From NCBI GenBank assembly GCA_001938485.1, contig MQRK01216208.1:30119-88631 (forward strand): 58,513 bases of DNA, in the 5' to 3' direction. Shown piece after piece: positions 38,070 through 52,975 of the stretch (position 1 is the first letter of the stretch; each line of letters opens with the position of its first letter). Origin of the DNA: Girardia tigrina. Its lineage: Eukaryota. Both the position numbers and the translations under genes were made by a program. The notes under the pieces are model-generated. The model was given only the letters and a program-made list of their open reading frames with translations, was not told where the DNA came from and did not search any database.

Positions 38070-40510
38070 TGTTACATCTCGAGAGCCATCGAGAACCGGT
38101 ATTTTACCTGAGATATTTTCATGATGATATTTGCATATTCGTATTGCATGATCCGTCCTCTGTGATCACTCGGATACTCAGTTCCGGGTCACGGCCAACC
38201 ATTAGGCCAACATAACAATGTTGTAAGAAGTAAAAAATCCACTGCAACGGAATCTGCTCATCGATATGCCAATCCCAGCGAAGGCCACTGTCACATCGAC
38301 GAAAACTGAACGGTAGCGGAGAATGTAGTAGCCGGATATGGATCAAAAACAAAAAAAAATGACCGGATACGGAAAATCAAGACATTTACAATGATTGATC
38401 ATTTAAGTTCTCCAGTTGTCGGCTAATGTTTCCAACTGAGCAATAATAATAAAAGACATGATAACTGTTTCACTGTTTCTTTTTTTCTCATTATTTTAAT
38501 TGACCTAACTGATAATAACCATAATAATTTCGATAACAATATTAAATATTTCAATTGATTATGCTAAATACATGGATCAACTTAAATATAAATGGGAATG
38601 TAACAATTTGGAGGAACGTCCTACACACGCATACCACTAAAATCACACGCAAAATCAACACAGCAGTACACACAAAACAGCACACACGCATGTTTCACAA
38701 AAAATCACACTTCATCACACATCAAAGTCATAACAACTGTACACACGAAACAATACACAAAACTACTGACCACAGATAAAGCAATAATACACCAGCTCCG
38801 AAAGACTCACCATCATCACATACCCCAGACGCAAGGGAACCACCGATGAACAAACCGCACAATTTAAAGACAAACGCCAAAACATCAGCACTTTCATCAC
38901 CCTCCCATCACGTATCGATCACTGTTAGGGTGTCCCTTTCTTCCGAAAATGGCATACATTGCATCCACGGTTGGACATTTAAGTGAGAGCCTATGGACCA
39001 TAACTGGTACACAATTCTTCCTTACACACGGCTCCAAGACATTGTACGAAACTTTATCAAGGTCTTAATACGGTTTTACTGACGATATCACGCTGGACTA
39101 CACCATACTCTGCCTGGAGGCAGTGAGAACAAACCAGATTACGATCAAATCGGCACGAAAGATGCGAACGCACTGATTATCGCACCACCTAACTTTTTTG
39201 TTGACCAAGGGGGTTCTTTAAAAGTCTGGTTAGACCTGGTGGATTTCCGAGTCAAGGAAATGCTTCTTAACTCGCAGAGCAGCTTGTTCCAAAAACTTCT
39301 TTGCACCATTCCTGCAGAACAACTCGAGATGCTAGTACCACATCTGCGGCAATCATACAATACTTCGAACCGAATGATCAAGTTAGGCGACAAATTATGA
39401 TGGCTCATAAACCCAAATTTGATGTCGTCTCCAAAAACTTTTTTAAGACACAACAAATCGGCATACTGAAGTCCTCGATGAGTCATCGGTGACCTGTAGT
39501 TGATCCAGCCGGGGATCTCTCAGGACAAAAAACAGCGATTTTGAAGAAATTCTTCATCAAATCGTTGCCACTGATGCACAAGGCAATTCTTGCAGACACC
39601 AGTATCACCGTTCTGCAAGAGTTAGCAGCAATCGCCGACTGAATAGCTGAAATAATGCCTTCTAACGCATACTGGTACTTCAATCTTTCCACATTCGCCA
39701 TGGAATACTCAAATTCGGGATCAACCGGACAACAAAATATGGAAATCGAGGCACTCACAGCTCGCATAGCTCAGATGGCCACCATAATGTCTAATCTTAC
39801 ATTCACTATTGCATCGTTGAAAACGGGACGGGACAACCGACAGCGCGGCAGATCCAACAGTCGACACGAACATCGGAGGAACTCAATGAACCAGCAGACC
39901 TCACTCTGCCATTATCACTGCAAATTTGGCACCAAGGCTTTGAAAAGCCTACCCAGCTGAGAGTGGAAAGGCGACTATATGACACTCGAAATTATCGAGA
40001 CGTGCATTTGGCGCTTCAAATTCGACGAACTGACCAGATCATGCGCCCCTGGGTGCAAACATGCACCGTCAAATAATTAGTTTCACCTTCCATTAAAGTA
40101 GCTAATGGCAAGGACGAGGACAGTTGCTGTGGTCTATTTACTTATGGTACCCACATAAGAAATAGCACCATTTCACTGACGTCTTTCTCGGTAGACACTG
40201 AATCTGCCTTACCACGCCGATTCCAACCACAATGCACTTGACATACTTAGCAACTCACAGCTGCGAATGGCTCTAAAGTTTAAACATTTGGTAGATTCCA
40301 ACTATCCTTCTCCTTGAAATAATTCAACAGAACTTTCAACTGCACATTTTTAGTTGCTGAAGTCACTCCACCCATTCTAGGTTCCGACTTTTTCGATCAT
40401 ATCAACATCCTCTTCGATTGCAGAAACGGCAGACTGATCATTAACGATCGTATCTCTGACAGCCAACGTGCGACACAATCTCTCACCGGCATCTACGCAA
40501 TCTAGGAAAC
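38070..40510 (+). mobile_element. Ty3/Gypsy element, 5' part (sister of the 28058-32710 family)
   Basis: LTR TGTTAC (38070) ... GTAACA (38605); degenerate tRNA-Pro-like PBS TGGAGGAACGTCC; CA-rich leader; gag LKKFFIKSLP, LCHYHCKFGTKA; protease VDTESA, LTAANGS, PILGSDFF. Confidence 0.82.
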
Positions 40511-41565
40511 ACCATTTGACATCACCATTTTTGTTTCTACTTTTCTTTCAACTACTATGGAATCCACTTATCCAACTGTTTCACTTTACAAATTTCAGCC
40601 AAGTGAATGAATATCTTATGCTTTATAACATCAAACGTTAGCAATAAATCATAAGCACTTTGTGTTAGATCTGACATCACTGTTACCTTCAGTTCATCAT
40701 TGCCTACCTGCATTCAGGGGCGACCCGGGGACTCATTATTGAGGTTAAAATTACCTTACACGAATTTCTTGAACCATTTTGAGACTGTCAGCTATGTAGT
40801 ACCATTGTATTCTTGTAAAATTTTGATGTTTAGCTTGGATTCTGATGTTGAGGTTCCATGTAGGAATTTGTACTTTATAATATTTCGAATTTCTGACTTT
40901 CCATTATTTAAAATACTGATTATTAAAACAAGTTTTCGATAATTTTAATTAATTTTTATTGATGTGTTTAATAGCCAAGATATGTAGCAATAAAAAAAGT
41001 AACTGAGCAACAACATGTTAAGTCATTATCAAATTGTAACTATTTGAATTTATTACAATCATGCCTACAAAGTTCATACTTGACAATCTAATAAAATTTT
41101 AAGTTAAGGTTTACTTGATTTTTATTCATTTTAAGAAAATTAAATTGTAATAAATTAACACATTAATATATTATATCAGCATAATAAAATGATTTTGTAA
41201 AAAAATCAGTAAAATGTATTTCCTTTTCAACCAAATTCGTTAATGATAACATCTGTAATTTGAAATGGAAATTAATTATTTTTATTTATTTATTTATTTG
41301 ATTGTTTTTTAAACAAATACACATTGTAAATACGTTTAAAAATGAACAATTAAATTTTTATTTAATCTGAATATGAGGCTTACTAAGCATAACATCCAAC
41401 AAATTGTCTTTTTGTCCAGAGGTAAATTGTACATTCCATCAACTGTCTGTAAGTTTGGAAACATCTTTTATGAAACAAACTTCGGAAAAGCATTGAGATT
41501 TATTCACCCAATTCTATTCTTCACAATTTATCATTCTTCAATATCAGTAATCCAAACATTATATA

Positions 41566-41680
41566 CAGGGGTGGTCATAAGTCGCTTTACCCAGTAAACG
41601 TGTGCGTGGTATATGCAACTGCAAACTTGCACGAACTGCAGATGTTGATGGCGAATTATGGTAAAGCGACTTATGGTCAC

Positions 41681-41685
<5 letters not shown>
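41566..41685. mobile_element. Tc1/mariner-type MITE (120 bp)
   Basis: TIR CAGGGGTGGTCATAAGTCGCTTTACC / GGTAAAGCGACTTATGGTCACCCCT, with TA flanks running into (TA)n. Confidence 0.85.
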
Positions 41686-41715
<30 letters not shown>

Positions 41716-43649
41716 ATCATATTTAAATTTTGGAGATCTCTGTTACGGGAATAGTTTGTTTTGTGCATATGTTCCACAAGTTATTGAATCCCTCTTTTCA
41801 TCTGGATTTTTTTATGTAAATGACCAGAGATTGTTATAAAATGATTTTAACAATTTCATTGTCCCTTCTCAAAATGAGATACAACACTAAGTTAGAAATT
41901 TTTGTGCAACTGACTATAGTATCAAGATAGAATTCCATGGAAGACGGTGAACAGTTCGTAACCGCAATAATATCGAAAGAGTTGCACAAGTTATCCTAAT
42001 TTAGTCTTTTGAAATCAACAGATAATTTGAATCAACCTTCGATTGCCAATGAACTTCCTCCAGCAACAGCTTAGTTTTATAGGTGTATAATTATGTTGTA
42101 AAAAGAGATTCCCAAGATAACTAACTAAACATCTAAATCGCCATCTACTTCACAATTAATTATAAAAAATCAATAGTATAATTATAAAAATTATGATAAT
42201 TTAATAGATATTTAATTTTTAATACAACGATTAACAAAATGCATAAAAAGAAGGATAACATTTATATCACATACATACTTGCTGAAAAAAAACTAAATTA
42301 AGGATAAATAAAGAATGGGCCAATCACCACGAACACCTCGACTCTGCTACCACCGGTAAGTCTCTGGGGCGACCTCTAGACAGCCGGAACACTTACTTTT
42401 AATAAGAAAGTTAAAGTTTTCCTAAATTTTATTTTTGTTGACTAAATATAGATGTTATTCGTAATTTTATTCCTCTTATTCTACATCATTAGCATAAATA
42501 GAATTGCATTTCTCTAAATCACAACTTTGTTAAAAGGAACTAAATTTGTAATTTATGCAGCATCCCGTAGCAAAAGAGATATGGCGAGTCACCGTATCAT
42601 GACCGCAACCAAAGGGACCATATTTGAGTACGAGGCGGTCCACGAGGAAGTTTTACATGTATATCCCACTATTATATTACAATTACACCCAGTCATTTTG
42701 TCATCCCAACCACATCGAACAGAAAACACAATGGGAACCGAAATCTCGAGTATTAATCGATCATATTGTTGAAAATTATGATCAATTCAGAATGCAAATC
42801 TAGAAGTCAGCACAGTCTAACCGAATGTTGAACTTCATTTCAAACTGAACTTTGAAATACAAAAAAACAGAGAATTCCGTCCTGGCGAAATTTCAGTCGA
42901 TATTTCTTGTCTCGGCGGGTTTAGACTTCAAAATCAATGACAATAAAAGAGTGGTTTTAAAAAGTATTTTTTACATTTTACTTCTTTTTCTTTTTGCTTC
43001 TGTTTTAATTTGTGATCTAAATAAAATTTATGTAAAATGACTTTGAAAACTGATAATTGTAATAAAACAAATGTTTTGCGAATGAAGTTGTGGTTGTTCG
43101 TAATACATCACAATTTGGTAAGTTCATATCCTCTTCAACCTATGAATATTTTAGATGTTTTTAAGAATAGGTGTGGTCGTCAATTTTGTCTGATTGCTTG
43201 CTACGGGAGCGATAATATTTTTATCTGATTTAATTGATTTTCCATTGTCTTCTAATGAATCATTTAGTGAAAGTACATTATTTTTTATTTATAATTAATA
43301 ATGAATTATAAAACAAGCTATTGGGCGTATAAAAATAATGATGTCTTTAGGTGGAGATATTATTATATACATTTATTTGATACTAATTTTGAAAACACTA
43401 AATTCATATATCAATTATCTGTTGAGACGATTTACGGAGTAAACAAATAATAAAATTTAACTTTTAGATTAAATTATTCATTTTTATTTTATTAAAATGC
43501 TGTAGATTATCTAAATTCTTTCCAGACCCTCGATTTGAGTTTTTCTAGCGTTAGGGTTAAGGATTACGTTGAATTGCTCGCAAAATCGTCTTTGTATCTC
43601 CGTTTAGCCTAGGGACAGAAATTTACCCAGCCTAGTTTACCAATATTGC

Positions 43650-44153
43650 TTCATAGAGAGGCAAGAGACATTAAAATCGCAAAGGGTCGATCATCAGACA
43701 TCTCAGTACAGCGCAAAAATTGAAGAAGAATAATTAGTCCAAATATTTCCGAGCAGAACCCATAAGTCCAGGCAATGAATAGAAAGGAATCAATCACTGA
43801 ACATTATACCAGAAGACAATTAACTCAAGTACCAATTGTCGATCCGAATGCTGCTTCGGCATGAGAGTCAGAAACCACACTAAACTACCTTACAGATCTA
43901 ACTGCGAGAGGAACCTTCAGATGTTCGTTTTGCAAATGTGTGAAGTCCACGTACATAGTCAAAGGGATGCAGAATCATGGGACTTCTATATATGACTAGT
44001 CATTTCTGACTGGATTGCCAAACCGTGCTTTGAAGTGAAAGGCTAAGGTCTTCTCTATGAGGCCTATCAGAGGGCTTAAAGACTTATTGGGTTAGGGTGA
44101 ACCACTTAAAGAACCTATTAGCTCAAAATCATTCTTGAAAGAGATGGGAAGCC
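43650..44153 (+). mobile_element. Older, diverged 3' fragment of the zinc-finger-tailed LINE
   Basis: TFRCSFCKCVKSTYIVKGMQNHGTSIYD*SFLTGLP aligns with the third finger; 44055-44153 aligns with the 3' UTR. Confidence 0.75.
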
Positions 44154-44859
44154 AAATTCTTTCATGATTGACAAATCATTTATGTAAAAGAGTTTTTTGT
44201 AAATAAATATATTTTTGATTATGTTAAGCATAATTTTAAAGTTAATATAAAGAGATTGTGTGCTGGTGTTTTGAGTGTTTTCTTGTGGTACTACACATTT
44301 TAAGTCTTATAATCTGAAACTAATTTGATTTAAAATAACATTTTATATTTACATTTATGTAATTTGTTATCAATCTAGTGATCATGTTAAAGAATTGTTC
44401 TTAAGAGACTCGTTTGATGTTAAATATTTTGAACAATATTTTGATGTATAGGAACACCTCTTCTGCAATATGAATTATAAGCCGCTATAAAGATAATTAT
44501 TTTGTGAGAGCAAAAGTACAAATATTTTGAGCTAAAATTGTGTTGTTCAAATTTAAGGACAGTGAAAACATACCACTGACTTTGTCTTTCATTACATTGG
44601 ATGTCAACAACGGTAACCAGACAATTCGACACAAATTTATATCGACAAACAAATGTATTACATATAAAAATGTATTTATGTACAAACCATTATTGCAGCA
44701 AAAGGTGGTAATACCAAATTTTGACTTTAATATATTATTTATTAAATGGATATTCATTGTGTAAATTTCTTTTAAATCTTGGAAATAAAAATTATTAAAT
44801 AGTTTTTACTGTTGTTTAATATCTCTTTCCTTGAAAGAAAGTAATAAATTTTATATGAA

Positions 44860-45450
44860 ACATTTAAGCAAAAGTTTCTGTAAAAAACTTAAAATTTAAT
44901 GGGGTGAATCTTAATTTGTACCCTACTGTAGACCAAATCAAGGAAAAGTAACAAAAAGGGTGTTCCCAGGTAAGAGACAAAGTTGTGAAAAGGATCAAGG
45001 AAACGAGGAGACATGATCGCAAGGAGAGGTGATCAATGTGCTTCATTAAGTGATGAAATTAAGTATGATTGTCTGTGTGATGGTGTGTGTGATTGTTTAT
45101 GTAATTGTATGACTGGAAATAACCCCCTCGAAGTTTGTAAATTAGATTGTTGGAAAGAAGAATGTGAATAAAACTGTTTTAGTTTTAAAATGGAACAAAG
45201 GAGAAACAAAGCGAAGAATGAAGAAATTTTAAAAATAACAAAGCTTAATATTAAATATGACAAACTGTATGGTAGACCAAGTATAGATTTTTTAATCAAT
45301 GATAGAGAAGTACACTGTCTTTTAGACACCGGTGCTAGAGTAAATGTGATTGAAGGAAGTTTAATTAAAAACATACCAAATATTAAGATTAGAGAATTGC
45401 GAAGACGTTAAGCATGTGCAAATGCTTCGGCATTAATAAAATATGGAACA
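44860..45450 (+). mobile_element. Gypsy gag-end/protease fragment related to 36900-37500
   Basis: EVINVLH* gag end, a Cys-rich segment, then GRPSIDFLINDREVHCLLDTGARVNVI. Confidence 0.8.
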
Positions 45451-46987
45451 TTTTGTAAAATATTTGTAGAACATTTGTAAAAGCTTCCCTACTTTAGGTT
45501 ATGCTAATCGAATATATACTTATCGGAGTTTTGGTATTCATAATATCCCCTACAGGATCGAAATAAACAACAAGCTTCAACAGTAACGATCAAAAAGTAC
45601 TGAATATTTAAACTTATTTTGTGCATTTTAAACTGAAAAAATGTTTAATCATTAAAAGAATTTGAATGAAATTGAAATTTTATCATAAAAAGTGTTTAGT
45701 TTTCTTTCAATCTATTTCATTTGAGATAAACTCTTTCAACTGCCGGAGAAAATTTCTAAATTATTTATATTATTGAAGAGATTAAACGGAATTTGGAATT
45801 CACTGAACGAGGTATAAACAGAATTATTACAACTGAAAAATAATTAAAAAGCTACATTTGAAAAAATATTCATATTTACTGTTTTTACAATGGTAAAGAC
45901 TGATGACAATTTTATTTATATATTGCGATAAATGTACAAAGTAACAAAACTAAAGATATAAATTTCTACGGCTTATATTTTTAGGAATGTTAAGAACTTT
46001 GAGAAAATTTTCATTAGCATTTTTATTATTATCACATTTGGAGTCATTACAACTCTCGCAAGATTTTCACCGTTTGACATCGCTCTAAACGGTTTTTATA
46101 TTTTCTATTTTTAATCATAATTGTAGTAGTCTTACCACAGTGCATTTCATTCAAGAACATAAAATACACATTTACAACAGCAAAAGCAATCATAATTTTG
46201 CTTTATGATTATTTTAACGTACTGTTGCATCATATAACAACAGCATAAAATAATCTTATGCAATAAAATTGAATGTTATTCAATTTTATGATGCATTTTT
46301 ATGAAGTCTCGTTATTTTTGCAATTTCATTTTTGCAAATTCATTTTTACAATTTTATTTTAGTTTCAACCGATTGTTATATCGACATCGGTGACGGTGGT
46401 CTTCGAGACGAGCTACATTGGAGAAAGTGAACCGGTACTCATTAGGGCTACAATCGTTAATTGTAACCTTCATTTATCTGCGCGCGAGATGATTGAGTTA
46501 ATTTTTTTAAGTCAGTTTAATATATATTTTTTTAAGGCAAGTCAATAATAAACATTTTTTATTTTAGAACATAACAAATCAATCAACAATTGTCAATCAA
46601 TCTTCGAAGATGTCATGTTTTAGGAGACATTTTGCCAAGAATTTACGACAATGTCGACAATAGTTGGATAAATCTTTATAATCATCCTTTTGAACTTCTT
46701 CTTTAATTGTTGTCTCCAGAGTTCTCATCCTTTCAGCATGCGTTAAATTTAAGAGTTCTCTATTCATCGACCTTTGACTTCTCATGTTTCCCTTCAGTTT
46801 GGCAAAAACGGTAAAAAATTTAAAAAGTCAAGCAAATTTTAGAAAAATTATTAAATTTAAATAAATTTTACAAAATATTAAATTTGAGTAAAATTTAGAA
46901 CAATTATTAAAAAATAAGTGAAATTTAGCAAAAATTTACTCTAATTTTCTAATTTTTCTAAAATTTACATGAATTTTCCAATTTTAT

Positions 46988-47087
46988 GTGGTCTTTTTTA
47001 TCTGTGGTCTCATTTTACGTGGTCTCTTTTTTCCTTGGTTTCTTTTTTCTGGTCTCTTTTATCCTGGTCTCTTTTTTCCGGGAATCC
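46988..47087. repeat. Tandem ~14-15-bp TGGTCTCTTTT units ending GGGAATCC; probable Mutator/Phantom-type TIR
   Basis: About six degenerate units, then a sharp GGGAATCC end. The partner TIR was not seen. Confidence 0.55.
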
Positions 47088-47249
47088 ACAAAATTCATAC
47101 AAATTACAATTAACAACTTATTTAATTTATGCAATTAAACAAACACAAAAAGAATGTATGTTAAAAATATGACTTAAAACGTATTTTATGTACCTAAATT
47201 AATTTTTTAAAAATATCTCTTTTTTTAAATTCCGAAACCGGAACACATA

Positions 47250-48526
47250 TTAGGTTGATGCAAAAGAAATGTCATTTTTAATGTATTTAATATTCATTGT
47301 TTGAAATATTTAGAAAATCAATAATAAATAGATTCATATTTAAATTTACTTTAAAGCTTAAACTTTACTGTATATTTTGATACCAAGTATGACATTATGG
47401 TTTTGTTAATTTAAGGTGTATTTATTTTATTTTAGAAATGTTAGAAAAAAAGGAAATGAGAACAATTTTATTCGAACTAGGTCGAAAAGCGACAGAAACG
47501 GCTCAGAATATTAACAACTTATTTGGAAAACATACCACTAAGTTACGAACAGTACGACGTTGGTTTTTTAAGTTTCGTAGTGAGAACTAGAGCCTTGAAA
47601 ATGAAAAACACGGTAGTCGACCATCACAAGTTGACGATGACCATTTGAAGAAGTTAATCAATGCTGACCCGCATACAAATTCAAGGGAAGTCACTCAAGA
47701 ACTGAACGTTCACCAATCAACAGTTGTTCGCCATCTGAAAAAAATCTGAAAAATAAAAAAAGCGGAACAAGTGGGTGACGCACGAATTAAACGAAAATCA
47801 AAAAAATCGTCGTTTTAACGTGTGTTCTTCTCTGCTTTTGCGTAATCAAAGCGACCCGTTTCTGGATCGAATTGTAACGTGCGATGAAAAATGGATACTA
47901 TACGACATTCGCCAAAGTTCAGCTCAGGGGTTGGATTTCAATGAGGCTCCAAAGCCTTTCCCGAAGAAAAAATTATACCAAAAAAGGTATGGTAACTGTT
48001 TGGTGGTCCTCACACGGTTTAATCCAATCCAGCTTCATAAAACAAAGCGAAACAATTACAGCGAAAAAGTATTGTGAGCAAATTGACAAAATGCACCAAG
48101 AACTACAAAAAAACGGCCAGCATTACTCAATAGAAAGGGGCCAATTCTTCTGCAAGACAACGCTCGTCCACATATTGCAAGAAAGACCATGCTGAAGTTC
48201 AACAAACTGGAATATGAAACTTTACCTCATCCACCGTACTCACCAGACCTTTCTCCTACAGACTATTACCTTTTCAAACATTTTAGCCAGTTCCTTTGCG
48301 AAAAATGCTTCACAAACCAAGGAGATGCTGAAAGAGCTTTGGACGATTTCATTGCCTCCAGAAGTCCAGAATTTTATGAATCTGAAATAACAAAACTTGT
48401 TACCCGTTGGCAACAGTGTGTTCAATGTAATGGTTTTTATTTTTACTAATAAAGTTAATTCTAAAGAAAGTGATGTTCATTTAAAGTTGACGGTTAAAAA
48501 ACGACATTTCTTTTGCATCAACCTAA
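47250..48526 (+). mobile_element. Full-length mariner (DD34D, cecropia/Hsmar1-like), inactivated
   Basis: TIRs TTAGGTTGATGCAAAAGAAATGTC / GACATTTCTTTTGCATCAACCTAA with TA TSD. Transposase 47438-48449 has WVTHEL, IVTCDEKWILYD, LQDNARPH and HPPYSPDLSPTDY, with several frameshifts. Confidence 0.96.
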
Positions 48527-49290
48527 TACTTAATAATAATAATTGTTATTATTATTTTTGTTTAAAAATCAAACACATTTTTGTTAAAGAGATCATTGAA
48601 AGTGATCATTAAATGTGAATAATGATTTCAGATACATGACAGAATTTCTTTTCGAAAAAATTGTTAAACATTATATAAATATAAATTTAAAAAGTTAATA
48701 ATTTCATTTTTTCAATGTCAATTTGCAGCTGTATCAAAAAGGACAGGAATGTTATTTGCCCCTGGGTACAATGTGATGGTGACACTGGGCAATTAGCCCT
48801 CAATTTGGGCAGCTCAAATAAAACCGGATATATGATTAATAATTAATGGTTAAATCATCAAAAATTTCCATCCTTAAGATTTTTTTAAAAATATTTTTTT
48901 ATTTTATAGAAAATTTATCCATGGAAAAAAATCAAGAAAAAATATTTGAAAATTTTGGATAGGAAAAAAAACAATAAAAAAATATTTTTAATAATTTTGT
49001 TCAATTAAAACAAGTTTTAATCATTTAAAGTATTTCTTGTCACAAAGGTTTTTAAATTAATAGATATTTACTAATGTGAAAAGTTTTCTTTTGTTTTAAT
49101 AATTTATTTGTTAGGCATAATTTATTAAAAATGTTACATTTTGCTCACATTTGGTTAGTAAAATTGATTAAATATAGATGAATAATTAAAGTATTTAAAT
49201 AACAAAATATATTTGAATTCAATATTTTTTGTAACACTTATATAATTTTTGACATTTTTATTATTATTACAAGTATATTTTTCCTCAGGA

Positions 49291-49730
49291 AAGGCGCGTA
49301 CGCAGTGCGAACATTAGGGGGATAAATCCCTTCCCCGAATAGTTTGATTTAGGATCTTAATTGCGTAAGAATACGTTAAAATGTTTAAAATGTTAACTAT
49401 CAAAAATAATTAATATTTTGCAAAATAAAAAAAATCCCCCCCCCCCGAAAAAAAATTTAATTGTAATCTTAATTGCATTTAAGTTTTTTAACTGAATATT
49501 TTAGACACTATGTCAAAGAACCCCAGAAGATTTATGCTTCTATAATTATTTTATAAATGTATGTAATTTTATTTCTAATAAAAGATTTTTACTGTGATAT
49601 TTCGATGGTAATATAAATTTCAACATTTTAATAATAAATAATTTTAATTTTTCTAAATTTGAAAATCAAAATAACATACTGTGTTACGAAATAGTTTATC
49701 CCATGAAATATTTTTCTGTGTACGAGCCTA
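49291..49730. mobile_element. hAT-type MITE
   Basis: TIR AAGGCGCGTACGCAG / CTGTGTACGAGCCTA, 8-bp TSD CCTCAGGA (49283-49290 and 49731-49738). Confidence 0.85.
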
Positions 49731-50590
49731 CCTCAGGACAATTATTAATATTAAGAACTCTAATTGGATTTTCAATACATTTATTGATATCACAATTAGA
49801 ATTGTCACTTGGAAAATATTCCACAAAACTCCTGTAACTAGGCATCATTCTTGATTGATAAGTTTTTAATTCTATTTTGAAACGTCTTAAATTGAAATGA
49901 CAATTTTATTTTAATTATTTTAAAAAATATTTTAAATATATTATTTATGATATATTAATTTAATTTTGAAGTTGGTGATTTAAATTTTTAAATTGATTAA
50001 ATAATCCGATGTTTTAAAATATTTAAAATATCAATCTTTCATCTGTTTGGGAGAAACATAATCCTAAAACAACATACCAAACAATATACAATAAACGCCA
50101 TTCAAAAATATTCCTCACAATTAACAATCCTTAAGGGGATTCAGTTTCGAGAAGCCTTTTCAATCATAAATGTTCATCAAATCGTTTTTAATTCTCAAAA
50201 TGAATGTTAAAATTTTAGGCATGTTACAGAGTTGAATCTGTCGATATTATATTTCAAAGAACGTTACGTTTTTTAATATTTTTAATATTTGTTGATGCTG
50301 TATATCCTTTTATACTGTTTCTTTTTTCTTGTATATTATAATTTTAGTGTGAAATGGCTTGTTGCTTGTATTGTAAATAAAGAAGCTTCAAAGAAATATA
50401 AATTAAAATTATTGTTTCTGGAGTTGTGGATTAGACTACTGAAGCTGGTCAATCAGAGTTATCAAGTGATTGATTGTCGATTATTTCTTTTGGGTCGAGA
50501 ATGACAAACTCTGATTAGTTGGCCAATCAGAAACTTCGTATGATTAAAAAATAAAGATATTAAAATTAAAATTCGAAAGTCAATTGAAAA

Positions 50591-50634
50591 TATTTATTAA
50601 TTTCGACGGTTTAACCGTCATCGTCAAAACAAAT
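50591..50634 (-). ncRNA. Degenerate minimal hammerhead ribozyme (Penelope terminus)
   Basis: Minus strand TGTT-TTGACGA-T-GACGG-TTAAA-CCGTC-GAAA-TTAATA-AATA. C3 is replaced by U; 5-bp stem II; palindromic stem III. Confidence 0.6.
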
Positions 50635-51039
50635 GATTTTTCAAACGAGATTTACTTATATGGTGCAGTTAATGATTATGTAATCAATACGTAATCAGTA
50701 CATTGAATCATTCTACAAAAGGTTACAAAAAATTCTATTGGCCAAGTAGAGTTCTGTCCACATAAAGAATGGATTAAAAAATTTGTTTGTTTACAATTTT
50801 TATCTATTATAATTCTTTCTCAATTTCTGTGAAATTAAATAAATAATTCTGAAATAGGATATTCCATGTTTAGATGCTATTTTTATTAAATGGTCTTCCT
50901 GCTGATCAAGTTTATACACCGGATAAAAAGTTAATGGATTAAAAATTACTCTCTAATGCTTTCAATTCAATATGATATCTTGAGAAACGTAATCACTGAG
51001 TTTAACCCATAGGAGAAATAGAGGTGAGAGAGGCGTACA

Positions 51040-52975
51040 TCATAAAATATGAAAATTAAGACCACCAACATGGGTTTTCGAACTTTTATTTTCAATACAA
51101 TTTGAATTGTCCTTTGGATAACTCTTAGCCCTGTTTTTGTAATTCGACATCGTTCTAAATTGATAAATTTTAGTTAATGTTTTTTTAATAAACAATTATT
51201 CGAACAAATTTTTCATTATTTTTAGATTTTATTTTTAAAGTTCAAATTTTTAAATTTTAGTAATAATTCTATCTACATCTTAATTTTATTTTAAAAATGA
51301 TTTTATTTAAAGAAAGAACATTTATTTAATTTAAAACTTAGTTAAAAGTCATTTACTTAATTTAAATTTTTAATATTAAAATTTGAAACAATTTGATATT
51401 TTTAAAGTTTTTTTAAATATCGTATGCTCTCTTTTAAAATGCAAATTATACTCGAATAATTATTTATCGCGAACATCTGAAATATCAATTTTCTATCAGG
51501 GAGGGAGAAACACATTTCCAAATATTAAACTCAACAAACAAAATTCAACATACCAATTTCAACATACCAAATTTAAAATATTCCTCACATCCCCTCGATT
51601 TAAATGGCTTTAGCCATTCCACATTTATGATCAATATTCTGCCATCATCTAATTGTATCTCGTAACTTCTTTCATGTCGTCGGATCTTTATTGTGGCTGG
51701 ACTCATATATTGATCCTCATCCTTCGTTACGTTTTCTTTCCTTATAAGCATTTTATCTCCGATTCGGAATACTCGTTTCGTTTGTGTCGTGTTTTTATTC
51801 ATTTCCTTCTCGACATGTCTTTTTCCCCCGGTGTTTTTCCACCAATGTCTTCGTTTCCTACCAAAAATTATTTCTGCTGGAGATATTGCTGTGGCTGCCT
51901 GAATTGTGCTATTTAAAATAAATTCTATTTCTTGCAGGATTTCCGTCCAATCTTTGTGGACCTCGACTTTCATCCGTATATTCATGGTATCCCTAATTGT
52001 TCTGAATTGTCTCTCAACAATCCCATTGGTATTGTGGTGGTAAGGACTGGAATATACTATCTCAGCTTTAAATCTATTCGCTGTTTCTTTAAAATGACCT
52101 GATTCGAATGTTTTTCCTCTATCTCTCGATCTCTTTTGGTGGTCCGTATTTCCAAATCCATTTGTCTAGTAATACCTTTCGTTCTGTTTTCTCGTCTTGA
52201 GGAGCTACTGCGTTCAAACTGATGTATCTGCTAAATTGATCGATTATCGCTAGTATGTATTGACATCCATTAATATTTCTTTTAATAGGTCCGCAGAAAT
52301 CCATATATATTTTTTGAATGGTTCATCAGCAGATTGTTTAATATGTTTCTCTTTTGTTTTTGTTGTTAGGGTCTTTCTTTTCTGACATTAATACAACTTT
52401 GCACAATTTCCTTTACCGTTTTTCTCATATCTTTCATATTGAAATGATCTTTCAAATAATTATAAACTTTCTTACTACCAGGGTGACACAGCATCTTGTG
52501 TATTTCTTCCACGAATTCAGTCCTTTTACCTTTCGGAATCCAGTATTTGTTATCCATTGTCGTTACGATATCATCTTTCAGTACCCATTTCTTTGTTTTC
52601 CCAGTTCTGATATCTGATCTAATCTGTTTTATCTCTTCATTATCTTTCTGCCATTTGAATCTTTTGGATTCATCGTCTAACGCTAGGATTCTTGTTTTAA
52701 CTTTACCCTTCTTAGCTTCCTCATGCATAGTTTGACATTGTACACACATTTCACAGGACTTTCTTGACATTGCATCGGCGTTAGAGTGTTTTTCCCCTTT
52801 CCGTCATTCCATTGTCATATCCAACCCCAATTATACTCGAATAATTATTCATCGTGAACATCTAAAATATCAATTTTCCATCTGGGTGGGAGAAACACAT
52901 TTCCAAATATTAAACTCAACATTATAAAATTCAACATACCAATTTCAACATACCAAATTTAAAATATTCCTCACA
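51040..52975 (-). mobile_element. Internally deleted Gypsy element: partial 5' LTR, RNase H end, integrase, PPT, 3' LTR
   Basis: 52975-52828 matches the LTR starting at 51589. Motifs KHSNADAMSR, HKMLCHPG, MDFCGP, LAIIDQFSRY, SPYHHNTNGIVERQF, ISPAEIIFG. PPT GAGGGGA before TGTGAGG. Confidence 0.88.

Noticed and set aside
43552-43562. TTAGGG telomeric seed
   Set aside because: A single unit, expected by chance.
46988-47087. CRISPR-like repeat array
   Set aside because: The units are ~15 bp, tandem and without unique spacers, in a eukaryotic context; they fit a DNA-transposon subterminal repeat.
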